A stretch of 64,000 nt of DNA. Origin: Octopus vulgaris (Eukaryota). Where the stretch lies: assembly GCA_951406725.2 (NCBI GenBank), contig OX597814.1, positions 78,492,001-78,556,000 on the forward strand, read 5' to 3'. Shown here in pieces: positions 13,439-24,605 of the stretch. Positions within the stretch are counted from its first letter, which is position 1. The number at the start of each line of letters is the position of its first letter. The translations under genes and the position numbers were made by a program. The notes beneath the pieces are model-generated. The model made no database searches. It worked only from the letters and a program-made list of their open reading frames with translations, and was not told the DNA's origin.

Positions 13439-13783
13439 TATAGCACTATGTCCCGACAACGCCGGGTCATAGTGCTAGTGCATGCACACATACACATGAG
13501 TACTGTCCAAATCTCCGACCAATCACATACAGCTAGCTGGCATTCAATTGGCGTATCAAGTTTCGGGCATTTTGATTGGGTTTTGGATAGAAAATTCACA
13601 AAAAAGTCACTTCTATTGATTTTTTAATGGCTTTGCAGGGTGACTGGGGAAATGTTAAGATGTGCACGACCACCCTTGAACGGTTTTGAATGACCATAGA
13701 AAGTGCGAGCCCTCTAACTGAAAAATTGTGGATTTGTATAAAGGACACACACACAGACATTTTGCTGTTTATATATAGAGAGA
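13439..13783 (-). mobile_element. Non-autonomous Helitron-like element
   Basis: Minus-strand 5' end A|TCTCTCTATATATAAAC (as in the 57.7-kb copy). 3' end is a large palindrome TAGCACTATG-T-CCCG-acaacgc-CGGG-T-CATAGTGCTA(G). Confidence 0.6.
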
Positions 13784-14044
13784 TAATACACACACACATT
13801 TTGTTTATGTATTTGTTTTGGAAGTTTCCTGTTGTGAAATCATGTGTTGAAACAGATATTGTTATATTTCAGGATGGTCGTCTTTTTTTCCCCCAAATAA
13901 ACACATGCACTATATATTCATTTTTCACTTCACAAGAATAATAATAAAGTTGAAGCAAAGAATGAATATAGAGCATGCGTGTTAATTTAACAAAATAATC
14001 GAAAAATGGCCATCCTGAAATATAACCATATATATATTTCATTC

Positions 14045-14330
14045 ATCATTAAGAGAGTACATTCAAAATGAAATAATTTGAGAATGGAGTAGAGTGAACG
14101 ATGTGATTGTAGAGTACCAAAAGCACAAGTTCTTCTGGGCCAAACATGTCGCAAGTTTCACAGGCAACATGAGAACCCATGCAGTTGCCAATTGCTATTC
14201 AAGAGATCAGCAAAGGCCACTTCGAAGGCCTCCACAATGATGGGAAGATGATTTGGTCCAGCAATTTGGGTCAAGATGAAAAAGAATAGTACAGTCAAGA
14301 CAAAATTGGAAGTGCATTGTAACTAGCAGT
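14045..14330 (+). mobile_element. RTE-clade LINE 3' coding remnant
   Basis: Translates to ..VNDVIVEYQKHKFFWAKHVASF..QRPLRRPPQ*WEDDL..QSRQNW, resembling the RTE C-terminal WAGHVAR..RPRGRPP.RW.DD motif. Confidence 0.55.
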
Positions 14331-14429
14331 GTGTAACAGCATCTGAGAATCTGGTCGATATTGTGATACTGTGATTTATATATTATATACATACATATAT
14401 ATTTACAGACACACACATATATACATATA

Positions 14430-16020
14430 ATGCTGCCCTAGCTAGGGCTGGGTACTGTGAAAAAATCCAACATATACAAGAAGCAGGCATACACGACACT
14501 GGTAATTCCTCCAGCTGCGATACACATTGTATACCACCACAATGTTACCATTTGAGAACTCACTCAGATAAAGAATACAGGCCAGAAAGAATTGGTCATA
14601 TCAATGAACTATCAACAAAAACTCATAGACACACGCAACAATAATTCAAAGGCTTGTTTTAATCCTGTACAACACGCTCGATCAAATAAGCCTAGCAACA
14701 GATATAGGAATCGGGATGCCCTCTGGTTCAACCCAATTTTCAGTTTGCATGTTTCAACTATGATCGCTGAAAAATTTTTTGCTGCTTTGGACAGGTGTTT
14801 TCCTAAATCTAATCGGTATCATGCTATTTTTAATCAACACACCGTGAAGGTATTCTATGTCAGCTCTGCTAATTTAGAGGAGCTTATGCATTGCATAAAC
14901 AATAATAAAATGCGGCAAAGGTTCATCTAAATACCGACCAAGGAGATGTAAACCACATTGATAAACACCAGCTACGACCAATTTGTAGTAGTAGAAATAC
15001 TTATGTTACAGCTAGCATGCTAATGACACCAGTAAATGGAGTCGGGACTGCCTTATATACAAATAAATATGATAAATGCTCATGCAGAGAAAAATCAAAA
15101 TGTTCTTTGATGAATCTCTGTATGAGTACAAATCTTGTACCATGCACTCAAGGAGAGGACCCTATGTTTACATTGGGCAGACAGCTGATTCCTTTAAGAA
15201 TCATTATCAAAACCATGTTGCCAGCTTTAAGACAATTAATAAAAGACATTCAACATCTTTGGCAGATTTTATATGGCGACTGAAGGAGGATAAAACAAAC
15301 TATAGTATTAATTGGTCAATAGTAAGGTATGCGAAACCATACAATATAATTTCCAGGAGATGCTGTCTCTATTCCGAGGAATCTCTGTCTATTCTGTGGA
15401 CTAACAAGAAGATAATTAATAGAATTTCTGAACAACTCTCGAGATGCCTACATGCATATAAATGTACTTTCACACAATGCAGTGAGAATGAAATTTGAAT
15501 AACCGTTAACTTAATTTACTTTAAGGTATGGATGGTTTAAGTTTACTTTTAACCTACCCATTCTTATAAACACAAATAACTCGTTTTGTGATGAGTGCAC
15601 CAAACTTCACGTGTGCGTATACTCACAATTTTGCGGATGCTTGTATGAGTGAGTGTACTCATGCCATGCAGCTTGCTCGAGGGCATTTATACACCTATAC
15701 CTGTTAACGGTTATTTCTAATACTTTTCTCGTTGGATTGTGTGTTCATTTTTCTATTTGTTATCTGTGATTATATTTTTGATCTTCTATATAAATGAAGC
15801 TATTTCCTCCGTCTGGCTGCTTTTCTCTCTACAAAACAGAAAGTTACATTGTAGAACAGTCATTTTAATAAGTTGCATATATTTATCACCTGACAAGATA
15901 CATCTGCACCACCGGCTGTTCCTGAACCAGTTGTTGAGTGTCCCACCCAAGAAGAATTGATGCTAGATGTGTCGAAACAATTGTCATGATTAATAATAAA
16001 TTTTCGTATATTCCATCTTT
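14430..16020 (+). mobile_element. Second decayed Penelope-like element (linker plus GIY-YIG endonuclease plus 3' UTR)
   Basis: ORF 14592-14930 RNRDALWFNPIFSLHVST..RCFPKSNRYHAIFNQHTVKVFY. KCSCREKSKCSLMNLC Cys motif. ORF 15076-15498 YVYIGQTADSFKNHYQNHVASF..STSLADFIWRLKE..INWSIV..RCCL. Confidence 0.85.
15885..15990 (+). ncRNA. Hammerhead ribozyme-like motif with extended stem II (decayed core)
   Basis: ATCAC-CTGACAA-GATACATCT...AGATGTGTC-GAAA-CAATTG-TC-ATGAT. Stems II and III (palindrome) pair. Core reads CUGAcAA instead of CUGANGA. Confidence 0.6.
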
Positions 16021-16121
16021 TGTCCTTCATTTGCTATATATATCTATACATATATATATATACATACATACATACAGGGTGCAGTGAATTATGTGTGTGT
16101 ATATATATATATACATACATA

Positions 16122-19100
16122 CAAGGTGCAGTGAACTGTCGTCTAAATCAGTGCTTCTCAAACTATCTGATACGGCATACCAGCAGTTTTTTTTTTTTCC
16201 AGCGGGACGCAGGGTTGCTCTTAAATACAAAGACCCACCCAGGTGAAGAATGTACCTCCCCCTGCCAGCATAGGTTAGTCATTAGTGACTTTAGGCTCGA
16301 CGCTAGAAGCAGACCTTTTATGCTTGATCTGTAGAAAAGGTGTAGGTAGAAATTCCAGAAGATGTACCCAGTGTAAGCTATGGACACATAAGAGGTGCAG
16401 CAACATCAAAGGAAAATTAACTGAGAAGATAGCTTTCATGTGCGGCAGATGCATAGAGGCAATAGACACCACAGATTCTCAGAAAACAGATTCTATCACA
16501 CTCCAGGGGGAGAAACTAGAAGTAGTTGATAGTGTCTGCTATCTAGGTGACTAAGTTAGTAGTGGAGATGGATGCTCAGAGAGTGTCACCACTAGAATAA
16601 GAATAGCCTGGGCGAAGTTTAGAAAGCTCTTACCACTACTGATGACAAAGGGTCTCTCGCTCAGAGTGAAAGATAGATTGTACGATGCATGTGTGCGAAC
16701 TGCCATGATTCATGGTAGTGAAACATGGGCTATGACTGCAGAGGACATGAAAGAAATGACTTGAAAGAAATGAAGCTAGCATGATCTGCTGGATGTGTAA
16801 TGTCAGTGTGCACGCACGACAGAGTGTAAGCACCCTGAGAGAAATGCTGGACCTAAGAAGCATCAGATGTGTGCAAGAGAGACGTTTGCGCTGGTATGGT
16901 CATGTACTACGGATGGATGAGGAGAGATGTGTGAAGAAGTGCCACTCCCAAACAGTTGAAGGTATCAGGGGGAGAGGTAGACCCAGGAAGACATGGGATG
17001 AGGTAGTCAAGCATGACCTTCGAACATTGGGCCTCACAGTGGCAATGAGGAAAGACCGAGTTCTCTGGAGATATGCTGTGACTGCAAAGATCCGGGCTGC
17101 TTCCTGCACCAGTTTCACATAGCCCCAGCCCAACCAAGTACCTTGGATTGCAGAACAACCTGCTGTGCTTACCTTGGATTGTAGAGTGATCTGCTGTGCT
17201 TGTGGAGACCTATTGAGTCAAGTACATCAATATCAATATCAAATGGAAATTGTAGTTACGATACCTGTGCCGGCAGCATGTAAAAAGCACCATCTGAATG
17301 TGGCCGATGCAAGCTCCGCTTTGACTGGCTTCTGTGCCGGTGGCACATGTCCTGCTATGCTTGAGGAGACCTATTGAGTCAAGTGCATCAACATCAAAAT
17401 AAATATCAAATGGAAATTGTAGTTGTGATACCTGTGCTAGTGGCACGTAAAAAGCACCATTCGAACGTGGCCGATGCCAGCGCCGCCTTGACTGGCTTCT
17501 GTGCCGGTGGCGCGTAAAAAGCACCCACTACACTCACGGAGTGGTTGGCGTTAGGAAGGGCATCCAGCTGTAGAAACATTGCCAGATAAGACTGGAGCCT
17601 GGTGCAGCCCCCTGGCTTCCCAGACCCCGGTCGAACCGTCCAACCCATGGAAAACGGACGTTAAACGATGAAGAGAAGAGAGTGCCAGGGACTGGTAATA
17701 TTTCTTAATAATATTAATTTATACCGGAAATAATATATATAATGGATATAATAAAAGTTGACAATTTTTTTTATCTTATATTTTTTTTGTAAACAAATAG
17801 TACAATATTACATAAGCATTTTATAATGTTTCTTTTTTTCTGGAAACTCTCTGCATACCAGCAGCTGATGACTCACAGACCATTGCTGGTCTGCAGACCA
17901 CCACTTTGAGTAGCACTGGTCTAAATTATGCAAAAATGAAAATAAAATTAACATCTCATTTCAACAGATATATTTACCAAATTTACATAAAAATATCTTG
18001 AAATACTAAAGAGTAAATTTATTCAATAAAATCGTCATTGGCTTTGACTAGACAACTTCAGAATCTCTTGCAACTCTTCTAGATGGCCTCCTTGTCTAAG
18101 TTGGTGAATGCTGCCATAATCCTTCATCTTTGGTTGTGTTGGTCTCTCACTCAACTGTGCTTCACACATAATAATCAAGGGGTTGCAGTCTGGGGAGTTA
18201 AGTGGCCAGATGTTAAGGGTGATGTGGTTGCAGAAATTGTGACAGCCACGACTGGGTTTTCCTGCTTGTGTGGCATGGTGCAGATTCCTGCTGCCAGACA
18301 TAGGGTCTTCCAGCAGCCACCCTCTTGACCCAGGGCAGCACTACCTCCTCCAGGCACTTGATGTAGGCTTCTATGTTGAGTCTGAGCGATGTGGGAAGAT
18401 GAATGGAGACATACTGTTACCATCACTAGTGATCACTCCAAACACCATGATGTTGACTGGATGTTTGATTTTTATCACTCTCGGTACATGTTTTGGGGAC
18501 ACAGCAAGCCAAAAGTTGTTCTGTATGTTTGCCATCTGATCCTGACAGAAATTTTTCTCATCTGAGAAAAACCAAAGTATGTTCAGTTGGAGGGGATGCT
18601 TGAGTTTGTTCAAAAGCTTCGTAGCACAGTCTTTCCTCTTGTTCTTGATGGTTTGGGACAAAAATTGGCCCTTTCTCATCTTGTATGAAGAATACCATGC
18701 ACTACCTGCCTGATAAGAAACTCAGACACTCCCATGTCCCGGATGATAGACATGATTGACTTGGAGGGATCATTGTCAATCATGGCCTGGATCTCACCAA
18801 CAAATTCAAGAGTTCTTTTCTTATCAGAATGATCAGAGTGAGTTTTCCAAGCTGCCATACCTTTGTAATCACCATTAGACCCATCCAGCTCTTTCTGAAT
18901 CCTCTGTACTGTCCTCAGATTGACACCCAAACACTCTAAAATATTCATATTAGAGCTTCTGGTATGAATGCCAAGCAGTACAGCATGTCATTTCCAAATT
19001 TCTGGCAGAGTGAGTAGTGTCATGGTGCTGGTTTTCTCACAGACGGTGCCCAACTGACCTTACTATGCTGTGTAGTTGACAAAATGAAAAACAAACAATG

Positions 19101-19152
19101 AACATGTATGAAATTAAAAATATAGAATGCCAACAATTTACCACCACCCCTG
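16122..19152 (-). mobile_element. Tc1/mariner-superfamily DNA transposon (frameshifted transposase), interrupted by a hAT element
   Basis: ORFs 18676-18948 (HTH, LGVNLRTVQRIQKEL), 18371-18679 (WFFSDEKNF..IMVFGVITSDG) and 18035-18301 (IWPLNSPDCNPL). Degenerate TIRs caaggtgcagtgaactgtc / caatttaccaccacccctg flanked by TA-rich DNA. Confidence 0.85.
16149..17918. mobile_element. Non-autonomous hAT-type element carrying an internally deleted RTE LINE
   Basis: TIRs CAGTGCTTCTCAAA / TTTGAGTAGCACTG and a perfect 8-bp TSD GTCTAAAT (16141-16148, 17919-17926). Interior ~16200-17670 is RTE sequence on the + strand (PGEECT..QHRLVISDF, CRKGVGRNS..WTHKRC, LRWYGHV..GRGRPRKTW, 3' UTR and tail). Confidence 0.85.
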
Positions 19153-19164
19153 TGTATATATATA

Positions 19165-19799
19165 TTAGGTTGTTCTGAAAATAATGGCTGATTTCAGAAA
19201 CAATTTTATTTTGGAAAAATTAACAATAGAAATATTTTGATTAGTCAAAGTGAACATCTATGTGTCTTTGCCATTGCTCAATGAGATTATTTATGCCTCG
19301 TTGATAAAAACTTATTGGCTTTGATGCTAAGAAATCTTTGAAAGCTGATTCTGGTTTGGACCTGAATGTTTTATTACTTAAAAACATGTTTAAATGATTA
19401 AAAAAAGTGGGTGAAAGATCAGGAGAATATGGTGGATGTGGTAAAGTGTCATATTCAAAGTCTGTGAGTTTCTGCAGCACCATTCTTGCAACATGTGGCT
19501 TTGCATTATCGTGGAGCAAAATTGGGCCACACCAATTCACCAATGCAGGTCTCATTTTTTGCAAGTGAGCATGCATTTTAGCGAGTTGATTGCAGTAAAC
19601 CTCTGTTGTAATGCTCTGATTGGCTTCCAGAAAGCTGTAATGGACAACACCAATTGCAGACCACTAGACAGTCACCATAAGCTTTTGCTAATGCAACTTT
19701 AGCTTTGAGAAATGTTTGGAGTCTCATCACGATCAAGCCATTGACTTGATCTTTTATGGTTATCATAAAGGATTCACTTTCCATCACAAGTGACTATTC
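19165..19799 (-). mobile_element. mariner (DD34D-type) transposon 3' part, interrupted by an RTE LINE; continues at 23141-23184
   Basis: ORF 19241-19576 LLHDNAKPHVA..PHPPYSPDLSPT; IVTCDGK*ILYDN near 19760-19799; TIR ta|ttaggttg at 19165. The upstream CLMLFL*KTNYPFL piece lies beyond the LINE at 23141-23184. Confidence 0.85.
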
Positions 19800-22700
19800 A
19801 TCATCATCATCATCATCGTTTAACGTCCGCTTTCCATGCTAGCATGGGTTGGACGGTTCAACTGGGGTCTGGGGAGCCCGAAGGCTGCACCAGGCCAGTC
19901 AGATCTGGCAGTGTTTCTACAGCTGAATGCCCTTCCTAACGCCAACCACTCCGAGAGTGTAGTGGGTGATTTTATGTACCACCGACACAGGTGCCAGACG
20001 AGGCTGGCGAACGGCCACGCTCGGATGGTGTTTTTAATGTGCCACCGACACAGGTGCCAGACGAGGCTGGCAGATGGCCACGCTCGGATGGTGTTTTTTA
20101 TGTGCCGACACAGGTGCTAGACGAGGCTGGCAGATGGCCACGCTTGGATGGTGTTTTTTATGTGCCACCGACACAGGTGCCAGACGAGGCTGGCAGACGG
20201 CCACGCTCGGATGGTGTTTTTTATGTGCCACCGACACAGGTGCCAGACGAGGCTGGCGAACGGCCACGATCGGATGGTGTTTGTTACGCGCCCACAGCAC
20301 GGAGGCCAGTCGATGCGGTACTGGCTACGGCCACGTTCGGATGTTTTTCTTATGTGCCACCGGCACTGGTACCACAAAGATACAAATTCCATTGATGTTC
20401 ATCTATTTTGATTTGGTTTGATTTTCACTTGCCTCAACAGGTCTTCACAAGTGTCACAAGAAGGAAGGTATGCACAGGTGGACTGACTACGTCCCAGGTA
20501 GGGGCCACGGGTTATGGCTTCACTAGTCTTGCCGGGTCTTCTCACGCACAGCATACTTCCATAGGTCTCGGTCTCTAGTCATTTCCATGGTGAGACCTAA
20601 AGTTCGAAGGTTGTGCTTCACCACCTCGTCCCAGGTTTTCCTGGGTCTACCTCTTCCACGGGTCCCCTCAACTGCTAGGGATTGGCACTTTCTCACACAC
20701 CTATCTTCATCCATTCTCGCCACATGACCATACCAGCGCAATCGTCTCTCTTGCACACCACAACTGATGCTTCTTAGGTACAACATTTCTCTCAAGGTAC
20801 TAACGCTCTGTCGAGTAAGTACACTGGCATTACACATCCATCGGAGCATACTGGCTTCATTCCTCATGAGCTTACGCATGTCCTCAGCAGTCACGGCCCA
20901 TGTTTCACTGCCATGTAGCATGGCAGTTCGTACACATGCATCATACAGTCTGCCTTTTACTCTGAGCAAGAGGCCTTTAGTCACCAGCAGAGGTAACAGC
21001 TCCCTAAACTTTACCCAGGCTATTCTTATTCTAGCAGTTACACTTTCAGTGCACCCACCCCCACTACTGACTTGGTCACCTAGATAACGGAAGCTATCAA
21101 CTACTTCTAGTTTTTCTCCCTGGAAAGTGACGGAAGTTGTTTTCTGCAGATTTTCGGAGGTCAATGCTCCCGAGCATCTGCCACATACAAAAACTATCTT
21201 CCCAGTTAGCCTTCCTTTGACATTGCTGCACCTCTTATGTGTCCATCTTATAGAGTTTCTACCTACACCTTTTCTACAGATTGAGCAGGGCCATCTTCCT
21301 GAAAACATTTGTGGATTGTCTACCTTTCTACTTATTAGTACTTTGGTTTTAGCTAGGTTGACTCTAAGACCCCTTGATTCTAAACCCTCCTTCCACACCT
21401 GGAACTTCTCCTCCAGTTCTGATAGTGACTCAGCAATTAGAGCAAGGTCGTCAGCATAGAGGAGCTCCCAGGGGCAACCTGTCTTGAATTCCTCCGCAAT
21501 TGCCTGGAGGACTATGATAAATAGGAGAGGGCTGAGTACTGAACCCTCGTGGACCCCAACCTCTACTTTGAATTCTTCTGTGTACATGTTGCCAACCCTA
21601 ACCTTACTTACGGCATCTCTGTACATGGCTTGCACAGCCCTCACCAGCCATTCATCTATCCCTAGTTTCCTCATTGACCACCAGATGAGGGATCGGGGGA
21701 CCCTATCAAAGGCTTTCTCCATGTCAACGAAAGCCAGGTACAGGGGCTTATCTGTGGCTAGGTATTTCTCCTGCAGCTGCCTTACCAGGAATATAGCATC
21801 AGTGGTGCTTTTCCCTGGCATGAACCCAAACTGCATCTCATCTAAACTAACTCTCTCTCTAATTAGTTGGGCTATGACCCTCTCTGTAACCTTCATTACC
21901 TGATCCAACAGCTTGATACCTCTGTAATTATTTGTATCTAGGGCATCACCTTTACCTTTGTAGCAGTTGACTAGTATGATGCTACACCAGTCATTGGGTA
22001 TGACTCCTTCGTGTATCACCTGGTTGACTATACGGGTGACTAGGTTATAGCCGACACTGCCAGATATTTTGAGCATCTCTGCAGTAATTCCTGATGGGCC
22101 TGGGGCTTTCCCTGTCTTCATGCTTCTAATTGCCTTAACTACCACGGAACTATCAACTTGGATAGCTGGTTCCTCTGTTGGGTCAACATTCGGCAGACTC
22201 TCTTTATCCCATTCATTTTCTTTATTCAGCAACCTTTCATAGTGGCATCTCCAAACCTCTCTCTTTGCATCCTCATTTAGCGCACACTTCTCTCCTACCA
22301 CATTACGATTCTCTCTCACACACTGTCTTGCAACACGAAATACCTCAAGTCTTTCATCCTCACGGCTCAGAACATTGACAAATTTTTTCTTATCCGCTTC
22401 CCCTCTGGCTAAATAAACCTGTCTCCTAGCTTCCCTTCTGGCTGTCTGATACAATTCCCTGCTACCACCGTTCTTCCAGTCCTTCCAAGCCTGTCTCTTT
22501 TGTCTAATAGCACTGTCAACCACAGTGTTCCACCACCATGTTACTCTGGGTCGAGATGGTACTTTGCTCCATCCACAGATCTGGTCAGTGGCTGTCAGCA
22601 GATTGTCCCGTAGAAATCTCCAGTTGTCTTCCACATTAAGTGAAGCTATATCCCCTTCTATTTCGTCAAAGGCTTTGAGTAGTATGTCTCTAAATCTCTG

Positions 22701-23140
22701 TCCATTTGCAGGATCTTTAAGCTTCCAGACCCTTCTCCTCCAAGCTGGTCTTCTTCTGGGCAACCATTTAGCTCCGATCCTGAAGTCGCTAACTACTAAT
22801 CTATGTTGAGGAGTACATTCTTCGCCTGGAAAGGTTTTGGCATTTATAATCAGCTCTCTTTCCCTTTTTCTGGCAAGGATGTAGTCAATCTGGCTGGTGG
22901 GTCTGCCAGAACGGTAGGTGACTAGGTGAGAGGTGGGTTTCCTGAAGTTGGTATTGCAGACCATAAGGTCATTTGCATCGCAGAACTCCAGCAGCCTGGT
23001 TCCCTCCTCATTACGAGAGCCAAAACCGTAGCCTCCATGGACGCCCCCGACATGCCGTCCAACATGTCCATTGAAATCACCTGCCACGAAGAGAAGGTCA
23101 CTGTCATTTGTCAACGAGGTAGTCCGCAATAGGGTGTCAT
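19800..23140 (-). mobile_element. 5'-truncated RTE-clade LINE with long open ORF, repetitive 3' UTR and (GAT)n tail
   Basis: Tail tcatcatcatcatcatcg|tttaacg at 19800-19825, 3' UTR 19826-20522, ORF 20523-23144. Confidence 0.95.
19976..20290. repeat. Tandem ~60-63-bp repeats (about 5 units) in RTE 3' UTR
   Basis: Unit gtgccaccgacacaggtgccagacgaggctggc(a/g)(g/a)acggccacgctcggatggtgttttttat repeated. Confidence 0.9.
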
Positions 23141-23144
23141 ACAA
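20523..23144 (-). CDS. RTE LINE ORF: C-terminal part of AP endonuclease plus reverse transcriptase (873 aa, 5'-truncated)
   Basis: AGDFNGHVG, SQIDYIL and QHRLVVSD (APE); KAPGPSG, NYRGIKLL, QFGFMPGKST, FVDMEKAFDRV, HEGSVLSPLLF and LLYADD (RT); FRYLG and LRWYGHV..GRPRKTW (thumb/C-terminus). Confidence 0.95.
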   Translation of the reverse strand: MYDTLLRTTSLTNDSDLLFVAGDFNGHVGRHVGGVHGGYGFGSRNEEGTRLLEFCDANDLMVCNTNFRKPTSHLVTYRSGRPTSQIDYILARKRERELIINAKTFPGEECTPQHRLVVSDFRIGAKWLPRRRPAWRRRVWKLKDPANGQRFRDILLKAFDEIEGDIASLNVEDNWRFLRDNLLTATDQICGWSKVPSRPRVTWWWNTVVDSAIRQKRQAWKDWKNGGSRELYQTARREARRQVYLARGEADKKKFVNVLSREDERLEVFRVARQCVRENRNVVGEKCALNEDAKREVWRCHYERLLNKENEWDKESLPNVDPTEEPAIQVDSSVVVKAIRSMKTGKAPGPSGITAEMLKISGSVGYNLVTRIVNQVIHEGVIPNDWCSIILVNCYKGKGDALDTNNYRGIKLLDQVMKVTERVIAQLIRERVSLDEMQFGFMPGKSTTDAIFLVRQLQEKYLATDKPLYLAFVDMEKAFDRVPRSLIWWSMRKLGIDEWLVRAVQAMYRDAVSKVRVGNMYTEEFKVEVGVHEGSVLSPLLFIIVLQAIAEEFKTGCPWELLYADDLALIAESLSELEEKFQVWKEGLESRGLRVNLAKTKVLISRKVDNPQMFSGRWPCSICRKGVGRNSIRWTHKRCSNVKGRLTGKIVFVCGRCSGALTSENLQKTTSVTFQGEKLEVVDSFRYLGDQVSSGGGCTESVTARIRIAWVKFRELLPLLVTKGLLLRVKGRLYDACVRTAMLHGSETWAVTAEDMRKLMRNEASMLRWMCNASVLTRQSVSTLREMLYLRSISCGVQERRLRWYGHVARMDEDRCVRKCQSLAVEGTRGRGRPRKTWDEVVKHNLRTLGLTMEMTRDRDLWKYAVREKTRQD

Positions 23145-23187
23145 GAAAAGGATAATTTGTTTTTCACAGAAAGAGCATCAAGCACTA

Positions 23188-23521
23188 CCAGATCAGACAG
23201 GAGCCTGGTGCAGCCCCCTGGCTTCCCAGACCCCAGTCAAACCGTCCAACCCATGCTAGCACAGAAAACGGAGAAGAAGAGAGTGCCAGGGACTGGTAAA
23301 ATATTTCTTAGTAACATTAATTTATACTGGAAAGAATATATATAATGACTATAATAAAAGTTGACAATTTGCTTTATCTTATATTTATTTTGTAAACAAA
23401 TAATACAATATTACATAAGCATTTTATACTGTTTCTTTTTTTCTGGAAACTCTTCGTGTACTGGCAGCTGATAGCTCGCAAACTGTTGCCAGTCTGCAGA
23501 CTAACACTTTGAGAAGCACTG
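23188..23521. mobile_element. Right end of a second copy of the hAT/RTE composite element
   Basis: Diverged copy of 17582-17918 including the LINE-tail/hAT junction, ending in TTTGAGAAGCACTG followed by GTCTAAAT. Confidence 0.8.
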
Positions 23522-24418
23522 GTCTAAATATATGTATTGAGCTGTGTAGCCTCATGGTTAGATGGCTGCACTCAGTGGTTTCAATTTCTGGACTGGACAG
23601 TGCATTGTGTTGCTGTTCAAAACATTTTGTTTCATCTTGCTCTATTTCACTAGTCTGTAAACAAATAACCCTGCATTGGACTGGTGTCACATTCTGATCG
23701 AATGTTCTAATCTCATTCACTTACACACCTTGGTACCGTGAGTTCTAAGACTGAAGACAGTGCTGCCTAAGGATTGATGATATGTATGTGTGTGTGTTTG
23801 TGTATACATATGTACATATGTATGAATGAATGGATGTACATAAAATCATATGATTGTATGAGTGTGCATATATGTATCTGTATGTACATATGTATGTATG
23901 TACATATGTACATATGTATGGATGGATGTACATACATAATATATGTGTGTATGTATGTATGCATGTACATATGTACATGTATGTATGGATGGCTGTACAT
24001 ACGTACATATGTATTATGTATGCATGTATGTATGTATCTATGTGTGTGTGTATGTATGTATTTTTAAAAACAAATACAGTTAAGTTAATATCGAAACAGT
24101 TTGAGTCAAAGGTTAAAGCCATGAAAGATAAAATTATACAGTTTTATATTAGAACATTTGCAACTGTATACCTTGATCTTGTTATCTGTGCATCTGATTC
24201 TCCTTATCTTTTCATGTAGCCTTAATCACCACTGGAGCTTATATTACATGTGAATGTGTGTGTTTATACATATATGTGTGTGTTCATGTATACATATATG
24301 TTTGTGTTTATATAGATATATAATCCTCCTTCTTTCTTTCCTTTCCTGAGCGTCCAATAACACTATACTTATTCCACATCCTCACATTGTTGTATTTTCT
24401 CTTTGTTCATGTTTGGAT

Positions 24419-24476
<58 letters not shown>

Positions 24477-24605
24477 CTCATTACAGATATAGGGTAAAGA
24501 ATTATTAATTTAATAATTGATAAATTTTACCAAGTAGTTTCAGTATGGAAAGAGAACCATTATCAGTAGAAACTTTTATGAAAAGTTTTTTTTATATATA
24601 TTCAA

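Noticed and set aside
19976-20290. Regularly spaced repeats resembling a CRISPR array, and repetitive ORFs 19991-20421
   Set aside because: Units are contiguous with no unique spacers, lie in a LINE 3' UTR in eukaryotic DNA, and there are no cas genes.
20767-23132. Several + strand ORFs of 60-140 aa
   Set aside because: Antisense shadows of the RTE ORF.
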